This document shows positions 37,320 to 50,824 of a stretch of 64,000 nt of DNA, one piece after another. Under the pieces are notes generated by a model. The model made no database searches and was not told the origin of the DNA. It saw only the letters and a list, made by a program, of their open reading frames with translations. Source of the DNA: Sphyrna mokarran (taxonomy: Eukaryota); contig JAGIQG010000016.1 in assembly GCA_024679065.1 (NCBI GenBank), forward strand, positions 39,246,001-39,310,000, in the 5' to 3' direction. The translations under genes and the position numbers were made by a program. The first letter of the stretch is position 1. The number at the start of each line of letters is the position of its first letter.

Positions 37320-38565
37320 CAACATTATAAATGGATATAAATTGTCCCATTGGTAAGAAGCAGCATAGGTTCATGAAAGAAAAGTTACGTTTGACTAATT
37401 TGATGGAATTCTTTGAGAACATTGCATGTGCAGTGGACAATGGGGAACCTGTGGATGTAGTCTATCTGGATTTTCAGAAGGTGCACGATATTACGAGTAA
37501 CGCATTAGCATGGATAGAGAATTGGTTAACTAACAGAAAGCAAAGAATGGGGGTAAATGGGTACTTTTTTTGGTTGGCGATCAGTGACTAGCAGTATGTC
37601 TCAAGGATCAGCATTGGGACAGTAATTGTTTACGATTTACAGTTGATTTGGAGTTGACATACTAGACCAAGTGTAATGTGTCAAAATTTGCAGATGACAC
37701 TAAGATGGCAGAGCAAAGTGTGCAGAGGATGCTGAATGTCTGCAAAGGGATATAGATATCTAAGTGAGTGGTCAAGGGTCTGGCAGATGGAGTACAATGT
37801 TGGTAGGAATAACAGCAAAATGGGCTATTATTTAAATAGCAAAATGTTGCAGCATGCTGCTGTGTAGAGGGACCTGGGTATCCTTGTGCAGGAATCTCAA
37901 GGAGTTGGTTTGCAGGTGCAGCCGGTAATTAAGAGGGCAAATGGAATTTTGTCCTTCATTGCTAGAGGGATGGAATTTAAAAACAGCAAAGGTGCTGGTG
38001 AGGCCACACCTGAAGTATTGTGTAGTTTTGGTCTCCTTACTTGAAAAAGCATATACTGGCACTGAAGGAGCTGCAGAGGATATTCACTAAGTTGATTCCA
38101 GAGTTGAGAGGGTTGGCTTATGAGGAGAGACTGTGTAGGCTAGGGTTATTCTCATTAGTATTCAGAAGAATGAGGGGAGATCTTATTGAAGCCTAAGATT
38201 ATGAAGGGAATAGATAAGATAGAAGCAGAGAAGTTGTTTCCACTGGCAGGTAAAACTAGACCTTAGGGGAATAGCCTTAAAATAAGGGGTAGCAGATTTA
38301 AGATGAATTGAAGAGGAACTTCTTCATACAAAGAGTTGTGAATCTGTAGAATTCCCTACCCAGTGAAGCAGTTGAGGCTACCTCATTGAGCATTTTCAAG
38401 GCAAGGATAGATAGATTTTTGAACAGTAAATGAATTAAGGGTTATGGTGAGTGGATGGGTAAGCGAGCTAAGTGCATGAAAAGATCAGTATGATCTTATT
38501 GAATGGCAGAATAGGCTCGAGAGGGCAGATAGTCTACTCCTGCTCCTAGTTCTTATGTTCTTATT
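37320..38565 (+). mobile_element. CR1 LINE RT and 3' end, decayed
   Basis: QHRFMKEKLRLTNLMEFFE..VDVVYLDFQK, SKFADDTK, LVRPHLKYCV; TTCTTATG-type tail repeats at ~38550. Confidence 0.93.
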
Positions 38566-39369
38566 AAGATCATGAAAGACTTTCTATGACTAGATTGTAT
38601 GCTGTATGTGCTTATTGGTGAGAAACATCTCCAATTCTGGACATTTCAAGACCATTTGCAGAAGAACTACACCTCAAACAATGTCTGGTACTATCTCCAA
38701 CAAATAAATACTGATCTTAAATAGAAGAATCTGACATTTACTCTGTCATTTGAAACTGCTTGTGCAAAGTGACCCTTTATATGAGTTGCCATGACTTCCT
38801 TCCTGGTCATGGCTGAGGACACTGGACATCCCAACAGCCAGCTCTGATTAGGTGGCAGGAGAAGCCTTGAAACCAGCCCTGAAGCTCACAATGGCTAACT
38901 GCCATTGTAAATTGCATTATTCAACAGTGGGGGTGGGAGTCAAGAAGACATCCACTTCTGGGTGCAAGTACCACTCACCAAGATAGGATGTATTATTCAG
39001 ACCAGTTTCGTTTGGTAAATTAGTGTGGCCCTACACAAATGCATTTCTACTGCTATTGTCCAAAATTATATTCCTTCTTGTTTATGAGGAATACAGTACA
39101 GAATTTGTCTGTCTGGACTCCTCACACAATTATATTCCCGGTCCTCCTGGACCTCAGCCAGGAATTGTATTACTTAGATGATACAGCACAGACAACAAAC
39201 TGTTAATTCAACTGGTCTATGCTGGTGATAACACTCCATACCTCTCTCTTCAAACTCTATCAAACTCATTCTGCTTCCTCACATCTTTCCATTCTCTTCT
39301 GACCCATATTGTGGGGATTTGTTACAGATCACCCAGGGGTCTGAGGCAACATGCAGTTTTATTAATGCT

Positions 39370-39990
39370 ATGGATAAATGATGGTATAGGTTCTGACTGA
39401 TATGAATCCCTCAAATGTATTGATACTACCTGTTTCACCTCCTCGTGGCAGTGATTTCCATTTCTTATCAATTTCTATGCAAATATTTTCTTTTCAAATT
39501 AGTTGCTATTTGCGATCTGATATTTATCATTTGGACATGGCTGATTTTTATCTTAGTTCCACTCACCTACTTTAGGTTAGTAACACTTAATATCTTCCTC
39601 TGACAAAAACCTGTCAATTACAACCTTATATTCTGGATAGACCCACAATTGGAAACAATTTCTCCATATCCGCCCAATAAACTCCTTCATAAGTATAAAG
39701 ACTTCTTTCAGATCTTTTCTTTACCAGAGAAAACAAAGTCCCAGTCTGCTCAACCTTCCCTGATAGTTGCTTCCTTTCATTACGGTCAATAACCTTGTAA
39801 ACCTATCTACATTTCCACCAAGTTTTTCAATATCCTTTTTTGTCATATGAAGGATTAGAACGGCACACAGTATTCAAGAGTGGTCTAACCAAGGTAGTAC
39901 ACAAATGTAATATTCCTGCTTTCTGTACTCTGTTCCTAAGGGAATGGACCACACTACTTTATTTGCTCTCTTTATGCTCATGCTAGTTTG
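39370..39990 (-). mobile_element. Old CR1 3' fragment
   Basis: AGTCCCAGTCTGCTCAACCTT..AGAACGGCACACAGTATTCAAG..GGTCTAACCAAGG, antisense to a CR1 RT C-terminus. Confidence 0.7.
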
Positions 39991-42683
39991 TGTTGCTTGT
40001 TTTAATGAGTTTTAGCATTTCAGTTTCCAGAAACAGACCTCACACACAACATCCCTAGCTCCATCCATCCTGTTGTCACATTACTCGCAGGCCCACTGAT
40101 GTAGTCCCAGCAGATCTTGAGCAACAATTGCAAAACTAACCCCAATCTCAAAGAATAATAGGGCTGAATTTTACCATATAATTTAGGAAACTTCAGGGCA
40201 AAGAACGAAGACTTGCTCACTGAATTTACCACAGGCCATCCAATTAAAAACTGGGGCCCGCCTAATCAGAAAGCTGGTAGCTCAAAAACCTCAGTAATGC
40301 CACTGGGAGTGATGGGCATTGTGGAGGCAGGCCTAAAATCCTGGGGTACTCCAGGTAAATAAAATAAAAATAATAAATTCAAAAAGTCAGAGGCCAAAAG
40401 GGAAACTCCTCTTGATCAGATTGTTGGAGGGGGCTGCCCACCCAGCCATATCCAGCTCTAATGGACTTTCTGGCCAGCTGCAAAATGGCTGACTTCATGA
40501 AACTGAAGACATCCAATGTGGTGGGGGGAGGGAGTGGACCCAACAGTGAGTGACAAATTGCCACCAGCCCATTCATGACCCTAATTGGAGACTTAATAAT
40601 GGATATCATGGAGGCTGATTCACATCCAATCTGCTTCTCATCCACAACTGGGAACCACCCCTTCTCCCCAAACATCCCACTCCCCTACCTCCTAGCAGTG
40701 GGACAATGTCAGGAAGCAAGCAATGTGGGCTCTGGTAAAATTCAGTCCTATTCGTGACTCCTTACATCAGAACCTTTATTATAAGACAATAACCATGTGT
40801 CAGAATAAACGTATGAACAGGGTATGGTGGCAGACTAAGAGGATAACCCAAGAAAAGACCTACATGCTCTAGTTCTCTCCATCATACATGTTGCACTGAG
40901 ATTTCACCCCTTTTTCTTCTGAAACATCCAATCTTCACCCCACAAAAATAGGCAAAGAACTCTTTTTCCTGATATTTATTAAGTTATAAAATTAGAAACA
41001 AAGACTTCACTAAGGCACTTGGCAAAACATTATGTTCAGTTTTATTGTTCCCTGTGTGAGGACAAATTCATGCTCCATTTGTTTCAATAATTGGAAAATG
41101 TCACACTGACATTCTACTATTAGAAATGTTTTTTTAATGGATGTTGGTCCCTGAGGCCTAAGGAGATATACTTTACAATCAAAGCATCCATTATCTGATG
41201 CACACCTAATGTCAATACAGAGCACAATAAATGAATTGATAGCTTGTTCTTATGTTTCTTACTTCTTGCTGTGAAAGTCTGATCTTTGCGTTTTAAATGA
41301 AGGGTGGAAATATAAACATTTATACAACAGACAAGAATTTACTTCTTCTAGAGGAAGGGATTAGAGTAGTCAAGGCTATTTTCTTGTTTCTCTCTACACA
41401 CAGTTCAAGGTCAGAAAGGAGTGACGTGGAATGAATCCTGGACTCCTGTTTGATGGCCATTTTCTGATTCACTGCATGCTCCAGACCTTTATTACAATGT
41501 CTTTATTTTCACACTGAATACTAACTAACTTTATAAAGCATTGTAACCAATTGAAATGAATAGTTTCAATGTGATGGTGCTGCTTCACACTTTGAAACAA
41601 CATCTGGTAGCCAGCATGTCAAATATTTGTTTTTTAATTGGTCTTGCTGTTGCAGTTTTAAGTTGTAGAATGCCTTTATAAAACTTGATAGATATAGATT
41701 ATTATGCAGGTGAAATTTTCAGTAATCATCTTATTGAGTTCTTCTCCCACTGCTTGATACTGATGATTCCTTCCACCTTGCAAGGTCAGGTTTTGAGTGC
41801 TGAGACTAGCAAGTTGGAGACAAAAAAATGGTCAGCTCAGGGCTGTCTGCATGCTCTGGGCCAGTGCAATATCAGGCAACCTGGACTAGAATAAGATAAA
41901 TTTGGTGGGGGATACAATGTGCAAGTGGCCACGTTGTATTCTGTGGAATCTGGGAGGCAATTCTGTCCATCCTGATCCACAAAATTGATTTAAACTTACC
42001 TTCTTTGGCTGGACTATTTACTCACATTATATTATTTTAAATTAGTAATTAGGATCATGTCATGATATGACTCTGACTTGCATAGCCATGTGTAGGCTGC
42101 TATAAGGCTTTGGTCAATTGGCAATTAACACTGAAGAAGATAGAGAAAACCACGTTGTCAGGAACTGGAAGTAAGTCACTCCCTCTACTTTCAGGGCCAT
42201 ACTACTGGGTTTACACTTAGTTGGAGGTTTCAAAATCGTTTCCATGGTTTAGCACTTGTGACTAAGATTAACAATAATAGCCATTCTTACTGTTAATCTT
42301 TCATTTTTAAAAATATTAACCAAAGTGGATAGGAATAAGAAAACAATGTATAAATTCAGAAAGCTGACAAACGTTTTGCTATAATATACAATTTACATTA
42401 ATGTAATGAGTTACGATTCAAATAATAAAGCATCTTTGGCAAGAACTTCCTCCAAGGTGGCATGTAGAATGGCAAGGGTTAGAAAGCTCCTAGCTTTACA
42501 ATCAAGTGAATGATTGAGAAGTTAGGGAAACTTGGCTTCTTATGCTTTATATATTTAAGTACACATCATGCTAATTCTAGACTGTTTTCTTTGTCTCGGA
42601 AAAATAAATTGAAGTGAATTGTAATATGCAGCAAATTTTCTCAGATTTCAATTGTCAGTATTGCATTTGGAATTTGAATATAT

Positions 42684-42794
42684 GGGCGGAATCTTACCAC
42701 CATTCATACCAGTGGGATTTTCTCATTCCTCTGTCAAATTCGCCAACTTTGCTGCAACAGGAGTGTGGCATAAGCAGCAGGTAAGATCGTGCCC
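42684..42794. mobile_element. 111-bp PIF/Harbinger-type MITE
   Basis: TIRs GGGCGGAATCTTACC / GGTAAGATCGTGCCC; 3-bp TSD TAT (42681-42683, 42795-42797). Confidence 0.88.
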
Positions 42795-44839
42795 TATGTC
42801 TTTAGTGTTACCAACCTGTATAATGAACATTTATGTTTGATGTAACATATTAAAATATGATGCTGCCAACTATTCAGTGGCAAAAATTATTCTATGAAAA
42901 ATTTCTGAGAATTTTCTGCAACATCCGTACTAATTTGATGTGTTCTGTAATGTTGAATTTCTAATAATTTAATTTCGAATGTAAGAATTTTCAGTAATTG
43001 TAAGGCTGATTTTTAGCCTTAGTTGCGTTTAGGAGGATGTGAAAGGATGGAGCAGGGAATTCCTTCCCACTGTGGAAGACATGGGCAATTTGAAATCCCA
43101 GGCCTCATTTAAATTTTGTCTGCAGTGTTTTGTCTGCAGTCTTACACAGAATCAATCACACCAGTATAAACATCATTTTCATTGTTCAGTTCAGTGGGAG
43201 AATCCTTGTTTGCTACCTCCCTTACCTATTCAATTATCAGTTGTACAACTCTGGCAATACCTTCTCTTTCTTGTTCCATGTTGTGACCATCAGAGTTCCC
43301 TAAAGTCCTTGGCCCCTCTCTTCCAAATTTACTTGCTGCACATTGCCGCCCCCTCTCTCCCCACTCCCTCAAACTTCATTCCACTGACTGAGTTCCTGCG
43401 TATATCCTTCATTGTTTACCACACTATCAGTAGCTTATACTTTCAGCTGTCTAGACATCACACTTGAGAATTCCTCCAATAAACTCTTGATTCTATCAGT
43501 CCTTATCCTTTTGACATTCCCCTTAAAATTGTTTAATATATTTAACTAAGTTTGTATGCACTCCTAATTTTTCCTGCTTTGGCTTAGCATTTATTGAGGT
43601 AGCTTTGTAAGTTATTCTGTGGATAAATGCAAGATGGTTGTTGTTTTAGAAATGTTAGTATTTTTCACAGAATAGTAATGGGGGTGTGCAAATGTGCTCA
43701 TGATTGCTAGTGTAATAAGCTGTTCCCATTTGCATCTATACAAGCTTAGGGGCTGTAAATTTGAAACTCAAAATAACCAATGTGCAGCTCTCCTTGTATT
43801 GCCCTTGGAATATCTGGCAATGCCAATATGGTACATACATAAAATAACATTGTATGATCACAACATACTTCTGTTTATTAATAACTCAAACACTTCTATC
43901 ATACCCTCCATGGATCTTTAGGAATGCATCTCTACAATACTCAGCAATAAAACTTGCTGGGGTAAACATATTGCTGTGGTGATTTTAATATGAACAAATC
44001 TTTTCTTATTACTTAAAGTTACAAAATTGATGTAGGTGAGGAAGGCCCATATCATTCATCCAAAATCCAAAGACTGCAGTCTCCCCTACCATGATATATA
44101 GTTTTTTCTAAGTTATTAAAGGATATTTGCCTTCACCATTCTTTTGTGAAGTTTATTCCATGCCTTGTTAATTTTTCTTTGAAGATAAATTAGTCCTTTT
44201 TAAACTATTTCACTACCCTGTTCTGGTCAGCCCACCCAATATTTTATTCTTCTCCCATTGAATGAGTTTGAATTGGTCTTGAATGAATCAGTACCTCTTT
44301 GAACCAGTTAGTAGTAAATGTGTTAAACACTAGCAAATATAAAGGTCTGTTACTTGATATATTTACAGCCAGACAAAAATTCCATTGCTTGTCTACAACA
44401 CTTTTCATATCTTTATATTAGCTTTATGTGCACTATTTTAGCAAGGCTTGGTAACATTTAAAATAAATCTAGGAAGGTACTATTATTTAAATAGGAAGAA
44501 AATAATATGCATGAAAAGTAAGAGATTTATGGCCCCTGGTTGACAATTAACAATGCTCATTGGCAGTGAGCTAAATTAATGTAATATTGTGATGCATTAT
44601 AAGGTCACTATTGAGCTTAAATATTGACATAATCCTGCCAGTTTGATGAAGCCTTGGAATATTGTATGCAGGTCTGGTTGCTGCAATACATAAAGATTTT
44701 GCAGCTATTGAAAAGATACTGAAGACCACAAACAGAATAATGAGAGTTTAGATTAGGATAAGCAATTATATGAATTTATCATTTCTCTCTGGAAAAGTTG
44801 AAAGATGATATCAGATGATATGTGGAAACAATGTGCTGA

Positions 44840-45200
44840 GTGATAGGAAACAGTAGTGGTAAACAATTGTGTTTTGGACTGGAGGAATGTACACAATAAA
44901 GTTCTATATGTGCTATTATGAAGATCACTGCTTTTCTTGATCAGATTAGTAACCTAGACTTGAATGTGTAGGACATAATTTCAAAATTTACAGATAACAC
45001 AAGATTTGCAAGTATTGTGAACTATGAACTTCAAGAGTTCATAGACTCATTTGAGGAATAGACCGACATGTGGCAGATGAAATTTAATTCAGAGAAGTGT
45101 GAAGTGGTATACTTTGGAAAGAAGAATGAGGAGAGGCAAGATAATGTAAAGAAAACAATTCTAAAGGGGAGTATAGGAACAAGGAGTATATATGCACAAA
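44840..45200 (+). mobile_element. Old CR1 RT fragment
   Basis: ISKFTDNTR (FADDT-like), MWQMKFNSEKCEVVYFG. Confidence 0.8.
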
Positions 45201-46072
45201 TTGTTGCTCTCCCCCAAGGCTTAGCATTCAGGTCAAGAAGAGCTTGGAGTGTCCTGCACCCTCCAACAGAAACTGTCCACTTACATTCTTGTTCTAGTTC
45301 CTACTTGCATGCGTCTTGTGCCAGATCATGTAACAATCTTGCTATCTTTACTCCAGTATCCACTGCTATATGTATATTTGTGTTGGTGCAGGATGTGCAT
45401 GAGTCATGGAACAATCCATCCTGAGAATGCTTGTCCTTTTCTGAGACTCTTCAGCCTCCTTCTGCATCAGCTTCTTTTCATCCATTAAGGATCAGTGGAA
45501 GATGAAAGACATGAGTTGGTGCTGACATTAGGGAAAAAGTATAATCAGGACAAAGGTTGGAAAAAAGTGTAAATAATGAAATTTCAGTTACTGGTGTCAA
45601 TTGATAGTTCATCACCTAATTTTGTCACTAAGTTTCTGGGCCAGTGGCTTTCATCATATTTCGTGTGCCACTCTGCTGATTTTGAGGTATCCTCCTTCAG
45701 TACAATCACAGTGGCTATGACTGAAGATCTATCCCCTTGTTCTCTGCCTCTCATTGGGTCTGTCCACATTCGTCCTGAAATGATAGAATGCAAAGAGTGT
45801 GCATTATGAGTGTGGAAAATGGGACATACGTTGAAGATGGAATGAAAACAGTTGTACAGGGTAATGTGGGAGATGGTTAAGAGATGCCAACAGGATGAGA
45901 CTCAGTACTGGTAGTTCAGATGGATGCTCTGAATCATTTATGTGCATCTTAGAGATATTAATCATATAGTCACATGGTTGTAACTGACTTCTGATAACAA
46001 ATCTTATGACTCCAAGAACCAGGGTGAAACAAGCAAACCTGGAAACTAACAACACAGAAGAACCAAGGAACA

Positions 46073-46119
46073 GAATATCTCAAGTGAACACCTTCTCTCT
46101 CTCTCTCTCTCTCTCTCTC
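46073..46119 (+). repeat. (CT)n microsatellite (~46094-46119) and its immediate flank
   Basis: TCTCTCTCTCTCTCTCTCTCTCTCTC. Confidence 0.9.
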
Positions 46120-46242
46120 CATCCATGCCGCAGACTTGGTCTCTGTTTGCTACTTAACTATCCACATATCACAGGCAGAGTTTTAAAGCATTAATTCGGC
46201 AGCTGTCATATTCACAAGAAAAGATAAATCAACTATCAACAT

Positions 46243-46569
46243 GGGGCATGGTGGAACAGTGGTTAGCACTGCTGCCTCACAGCACCAGGGACTTGGGTCA
46301 ATTCTCAGCTTGGATCACTGTATGTCTGGAGTCTACATGTTCTCCTCTGTTTTCTGCGTGTTTCCTCCGCCTGCTCCTGTTTCTGCCCACAGTCCAAAGA
46401 TGTGTGGGTTAGGTGGATTGGCCATGCTAAGTTGCCTCCTATTGTCAGGGGGACTAGCTAGGATAAGTACATATTATTATGGGTATAGGGCCTGGTGATA
46501 TTGTGGACTGTACAGATTCGATGGGCTAAATGATCTCCTTTTGCTCTGTAGGATTCTATGATTCTATGA
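46243..46569 (+). mobile_element. HE1-type V-SINE
   Basis: GGTGGAACAGTGGTTAGCACTGCTGCCTCACAGC head; GATTCTAT x2 tail. Confidence 0.92.
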
Positions 46570-47702
46570 AACCACCTCAACACCAAATTCTAAGGAACAA
46601 CAGAGCCAATCTGACATCATCCAAGTCTATAAGATCTTCATATTTTTAACTTTTATTGGACTCTCAAAAAGCCTATTTACTTTATCTTCCCATTCTGTAA
46701 TTTCTTGGTGTGTGTAAAGTTCAAGTTTGTGGTCGCATTTTTATCATTTTACTTATGTTGAGTTAATTGCAATAAAGACTACACTTTTTTCTTAAACAAG
46801 ATGCTTTGACTTTTTTTTAATGTTGTTAAGGACAGGACTGGGAGTAAACTGAAATCCTTTTACCCTTCCCTTTAATGTCTATAATCACTGTAGCTTTTGG
46901 AGAGGAAGATGTGCATGTTTCTTAACACTAAGAGTATAGTCAATTAAGTAACAGTAGCAAGCTTTTTTAGGATTAAATAAAGAGGATTATTTATTCATAC
47001 ATTCATTCCAGAGGTCCAATACTGTGTCAATCATTTAGCAAGCACACATACACGCATGCACGTACGCATGCATGCACACACCCACGAATACATTTTGCAA
47101 GATTGCGTACTATCACAAATATCATCAAAAGAGTTGTTCATACTGAGATTACTAACATGGAGATTAGTATTACTGATAGAATCGTTCATGTGTCTTGCTT
47201 ATTGTAGGGGAACAGTCATTGTGTGTCTGGTAAAGAAAGGAGTCTTCTCACCCCAGAATTCTAGTTCAGTTGAATTGAAATAGCTGAAGTCAGATATCAA
47301 GATTATTATAGGATTTCCTCAAAGAGACAAATATTCAACAAGTCGTTTACAATTTTCGATCAAGAGTTCCAATTTCTTTTTAGGTGGATCAGGTTTAGAA
47401 AACTGACTGGGAGACTTTTTAAAATTTTACAGTCTCCAGGTTCTTAAAGACAAAGATGACATAACCTTTTTCTGCATTTGCTGTTTTTTGCTGTATGTTT
47501 TGCAGATCTTTTTGTGTCTTAAAGGATTTTAGTGTTAGAAGCCAATTTCACTCACAGGATTAGCTGCCATTCCCATCTAGGATAGTTTGAAGCTGAAAGC
47601 CATTGCTCTACAATGGATATAGTAGATGAGTTCTTCACATTTAATCAGGATTAATTGATCTTTACCTAGCTTTTACTGTTATCGTTTCAACTCTGAGACA
47701 CA

Positions 47703-47830
47703 GAGTGACATTTTCCTGTCCCGCTCGCCATAGGAATTGTACTGGGGTGGGACAGAACCATGCAAAGATCCGTTGACTTTGGGGCAGGATTTTCCAATCT
47801 TGGGGTGAGTGCTACTGGAAAATCCCATCC
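47703..47830. mobile_element. ~130-bp MITE
   Basis: Ends ..ATTTTCC / GGAAAATCCCATCC; same internal core as 32878. Confidence 0.75.
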
Positions 47831-49438
47831 ATCGAGTCTGGACTTGTGTATTGGATAAATTCCAAAACAACATCAAGTATAAATTCTGCAGATGATATCT
47901 GTTTTGGTATTTCACTTCCAGGGGGATGCCTTGTTCCTAATCCATCCAGGGTGATGGATTAGAAACTTTCTGGATGCTGCAGAAAGTCAATGTTGAAGTT
48001 GAAAATGTAGCTGACCTTTGACAGGCATTTTAGATACTCTGTGAGTGTCCACTTAAAAAAAACAATAGAGGTCAGTTCCAGAAGCTTCCATGTGAACACA
48101 GTTTGTGTTTGCATTTATGAATAGGATATGTTTTCATTGGATATAACACAGGCATGGTACTTAAATGGCTAAACAATCACTGAATTTGGCAAGCAAATTC
48201 TTAAAAAGCTGATGCAGTCAAATGAGGAGTGGGATAAGAGGGAAACCATTCTACCCCTCATCATTTGTATGTAACAGATGTTAATGCTATGGCTGGGTTA
48301 AAGAACATTGGCTTCAAATACAATTTAGTTCCTGACCCACTACAAACCTCCTCCCTGCAAGTGGCTCTGTTTGATTACAATTCTACCCAAATTTTAGTGA
48401 GCTAGAGGTCAATCTATGGAACAGGCTCCTTGAGAGACAGTGGAAACATGTACTTATTGATTGATATCATTAGTTGTCAACTCCATAACAAAATTGGTAG
48501 TAGGCAAACCAGATTGATCTTTGTTTTTCTTCCAATTCCTATGTTCTTGTGACTGAATATTAGGTTCTTAACATTTCGTCCATTGCACCCCTCCCCCCAC
48601 CCCATTCATTTGGCTCAAAAATTTCACTTAATTTAATTTTAGCAAGTGATTTCATGAACAGCTGCGATCTTCAAGTGAATTCAGCATGAGACAGTGAGGT
48701 TTGGCAGGTTAGTTAACCAAATTCAATTTTGTCATCACTTCGTTCTGCACAGGTGCAGTTCAGGTTTTACTGGTTCCTCCTTCCACTCCCCTTTCTTGGG
48801 TGGTAATGAAGAACAGAATCTCTGAATAGCATAATACGTAATATAGGCTACTAGGCAGTAATCTCAATTGTATTCTTCTCATTGCCAGCAAATTCAGGTC
48901 GGCTAACTCTGCATACACTAATTATCTGCCTTATGTCAATCCTGTATTATGATCAGTATCATTTTTTTTCTCTTCAGCTCCCTGTCAAGCTCCCCCACCA
49001 CCATTCTCTATCACTCTTAAATTATAATGGGTCACTGCATCAACTGTCCTTCTTCTCTATCTAGCACACAATTAACTGCTGCTATCCCCAAAACAAGCAT
49101 GTTCTTCCACTTCAACAACTCCAAAAATATTTTATTCTGTTGTTAACAACTTACAGCTTTCTGGCACAGAACTGCTGGCACATTACTACTTCTCTGTCCT
49201 GCTCACTCCTTACTGCTTCTCTGCTTCATACTCCAGCACACTTTATAAGATCAACTCTCTGTTATTCCAAGGGAAATGACTGGCTCGCAATATATCAATA
49301 TCAGCAGGAGAGGCACTAGGATTGACTAGTCTGGAGGTCAGCTTGGGTTGGCCTTCTCATCTCCCTGCTAGCAAAGGAAATGAGGACTATATTAGCAGTG
49401 GGAGAAGGAATAATGGTCAAAGCACTTTTGGTGTACAG

Positions 49439-49536
49439 TTTTGACAAAGGTTTGTCTGGACTCGAAACGTCAGCTCTTTTGTCTTTGCACAGATGTTGCC
49501 AGACCTGCTGAGATTTTCCAGCATTTTTTCTTTTGG
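49439..49536 (+). mobile_element. 98-bp Penelope-like pLTR insertion (second family) starting at a degenerate hammerhead
   Basis: TSD TTGGTGTACAG at 49428-49438 and 49537-49547; TTGACAA..GGACTC-GAAACGTC hammerhead-like core followed by CAGATGTTGCCAGACCTGCTGAG..TCCAGCATT. Confidence 0.85.
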
Positions 49537-49914
49537 TTGGTGTACAGCTTTGGTTGTAGACTGATATTGAAGACCTTCTGATACTGTTGTGTATCCTCTG
49601 GGTGATCAGTTTCCTTCTCTTCGTGTGGTGAATAGGCATTTTCAACATCTTCACTGTTTCCCAAAGGGAACGGAAAGTATGGATGTGAAGATATATTAAT
49701 AACAGTAACTTTAATCTCATTGATAATTGGCAAAGGAAATAGCAAGATCCTAGTGTCACATAACCTACTATTACTATAGTTCCTCCTGTTGCTCCCCACC
49801 ACTTTGCATTGTGTTTTTAGAATAGGAAGCTGATGGTGGTTGATGCTCAGATGAGAGTTTCTTAGATGCTTATGGTTGTTTGTAACAGTATTTTTTCCAT
49901 TGTAGCAGAAGGCG

Positions 49915-50300
49915 ATTTGATGGAAGTACATAAGATCCTGAGGGGTGTTAACCGGGCGTTAACATACAGAAAAGATGTTTCCTCTTGTGAGAAAATCCAG
50001 AGCCAGGCTTCACTGTTTAAAACTATGGAGTAGCTCATTTAAAACAGAAATGAATTTGTTTTTCTGAGAGGATCATGAATCTTTCAAATTCTCTTCCAGA
50101 AAAGATAGTAGAAGCAGAGTCTTTGAATATTTTTAAGGCAAAAGTGGATATATTCTTAGTAAACAAGGGGATGATAGTTTATTGGTGTAGGCAGGATGCA
50201 AATTTGAGGTTACTACCAGATCAGCCGTTATCTTACTAAATGGCAGAGTACACTCAAGGGGCTGAATGGTTGACTCCTACTCCTTATTCATATGTTATGT
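49915..50300 (+). mobile_element. CR1 3' fragment
   Basis: GDLMEVHKILRG..KMFPLV; tail GGGGCTGAATGGTTGACTCCTACTCCT. Confidence 0.85.
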
Positions 50301-50824
50301 AGGAGGTAGTGCAGCATTATTATTTTAACACTCTCTCAGGGCAGTTCAGAAACAGAACTATTGTTACCCATTGAACTGTTCTGTTTAATAATGGCTGTTG
50401 CTGATTTCTGTTGGCATCCTCGGATTTTGAAGTTGGACAACCAGCCAAGTATATTAGAAGTCAGCCTGGTCAGAGAGAGTAACTTCTGGGCTGCTGGAGG
50501 TAGCAGATACAATGAGATGAAAGAACACTGGCGTGAGTTGGTCAAACACCAGCTGGGCATAAATGGAGGAAAAACTTTTGCAGTTTATGAGGAAGTCAAG
50601 CTCAGTTGCAGCTACATGGAATTGTCAGAATTTGAAAAAGGCAATAAACCTTGCAGCTTGTTCTTCAAAAGAACAAAGAATGAAGAAAAATACAGCACAG
50701 GGAACAGTCCTTGAGTCTTCCAAACTTGTGCTGATCATGATGCCCTAACTAAACTAAAAAAAATCTGCCCTTAATAGTCCGTGTTCCCTCCTTATTCATG
50801 TACTTTTCCAGATGCCTCTTAAAT

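Noticed and set aside
47042-47081. 40-bp alternating purine-pyrimidine tract (Z-DNA potential)
   Set aside because: Most simply a decayed (CA)n microsatellite; nothing indicates function
49316-49931. Two ~150-aa minus-strand ORFs
   Set aside because: They run through a PLE insertion and TE edges; no domain or splice support
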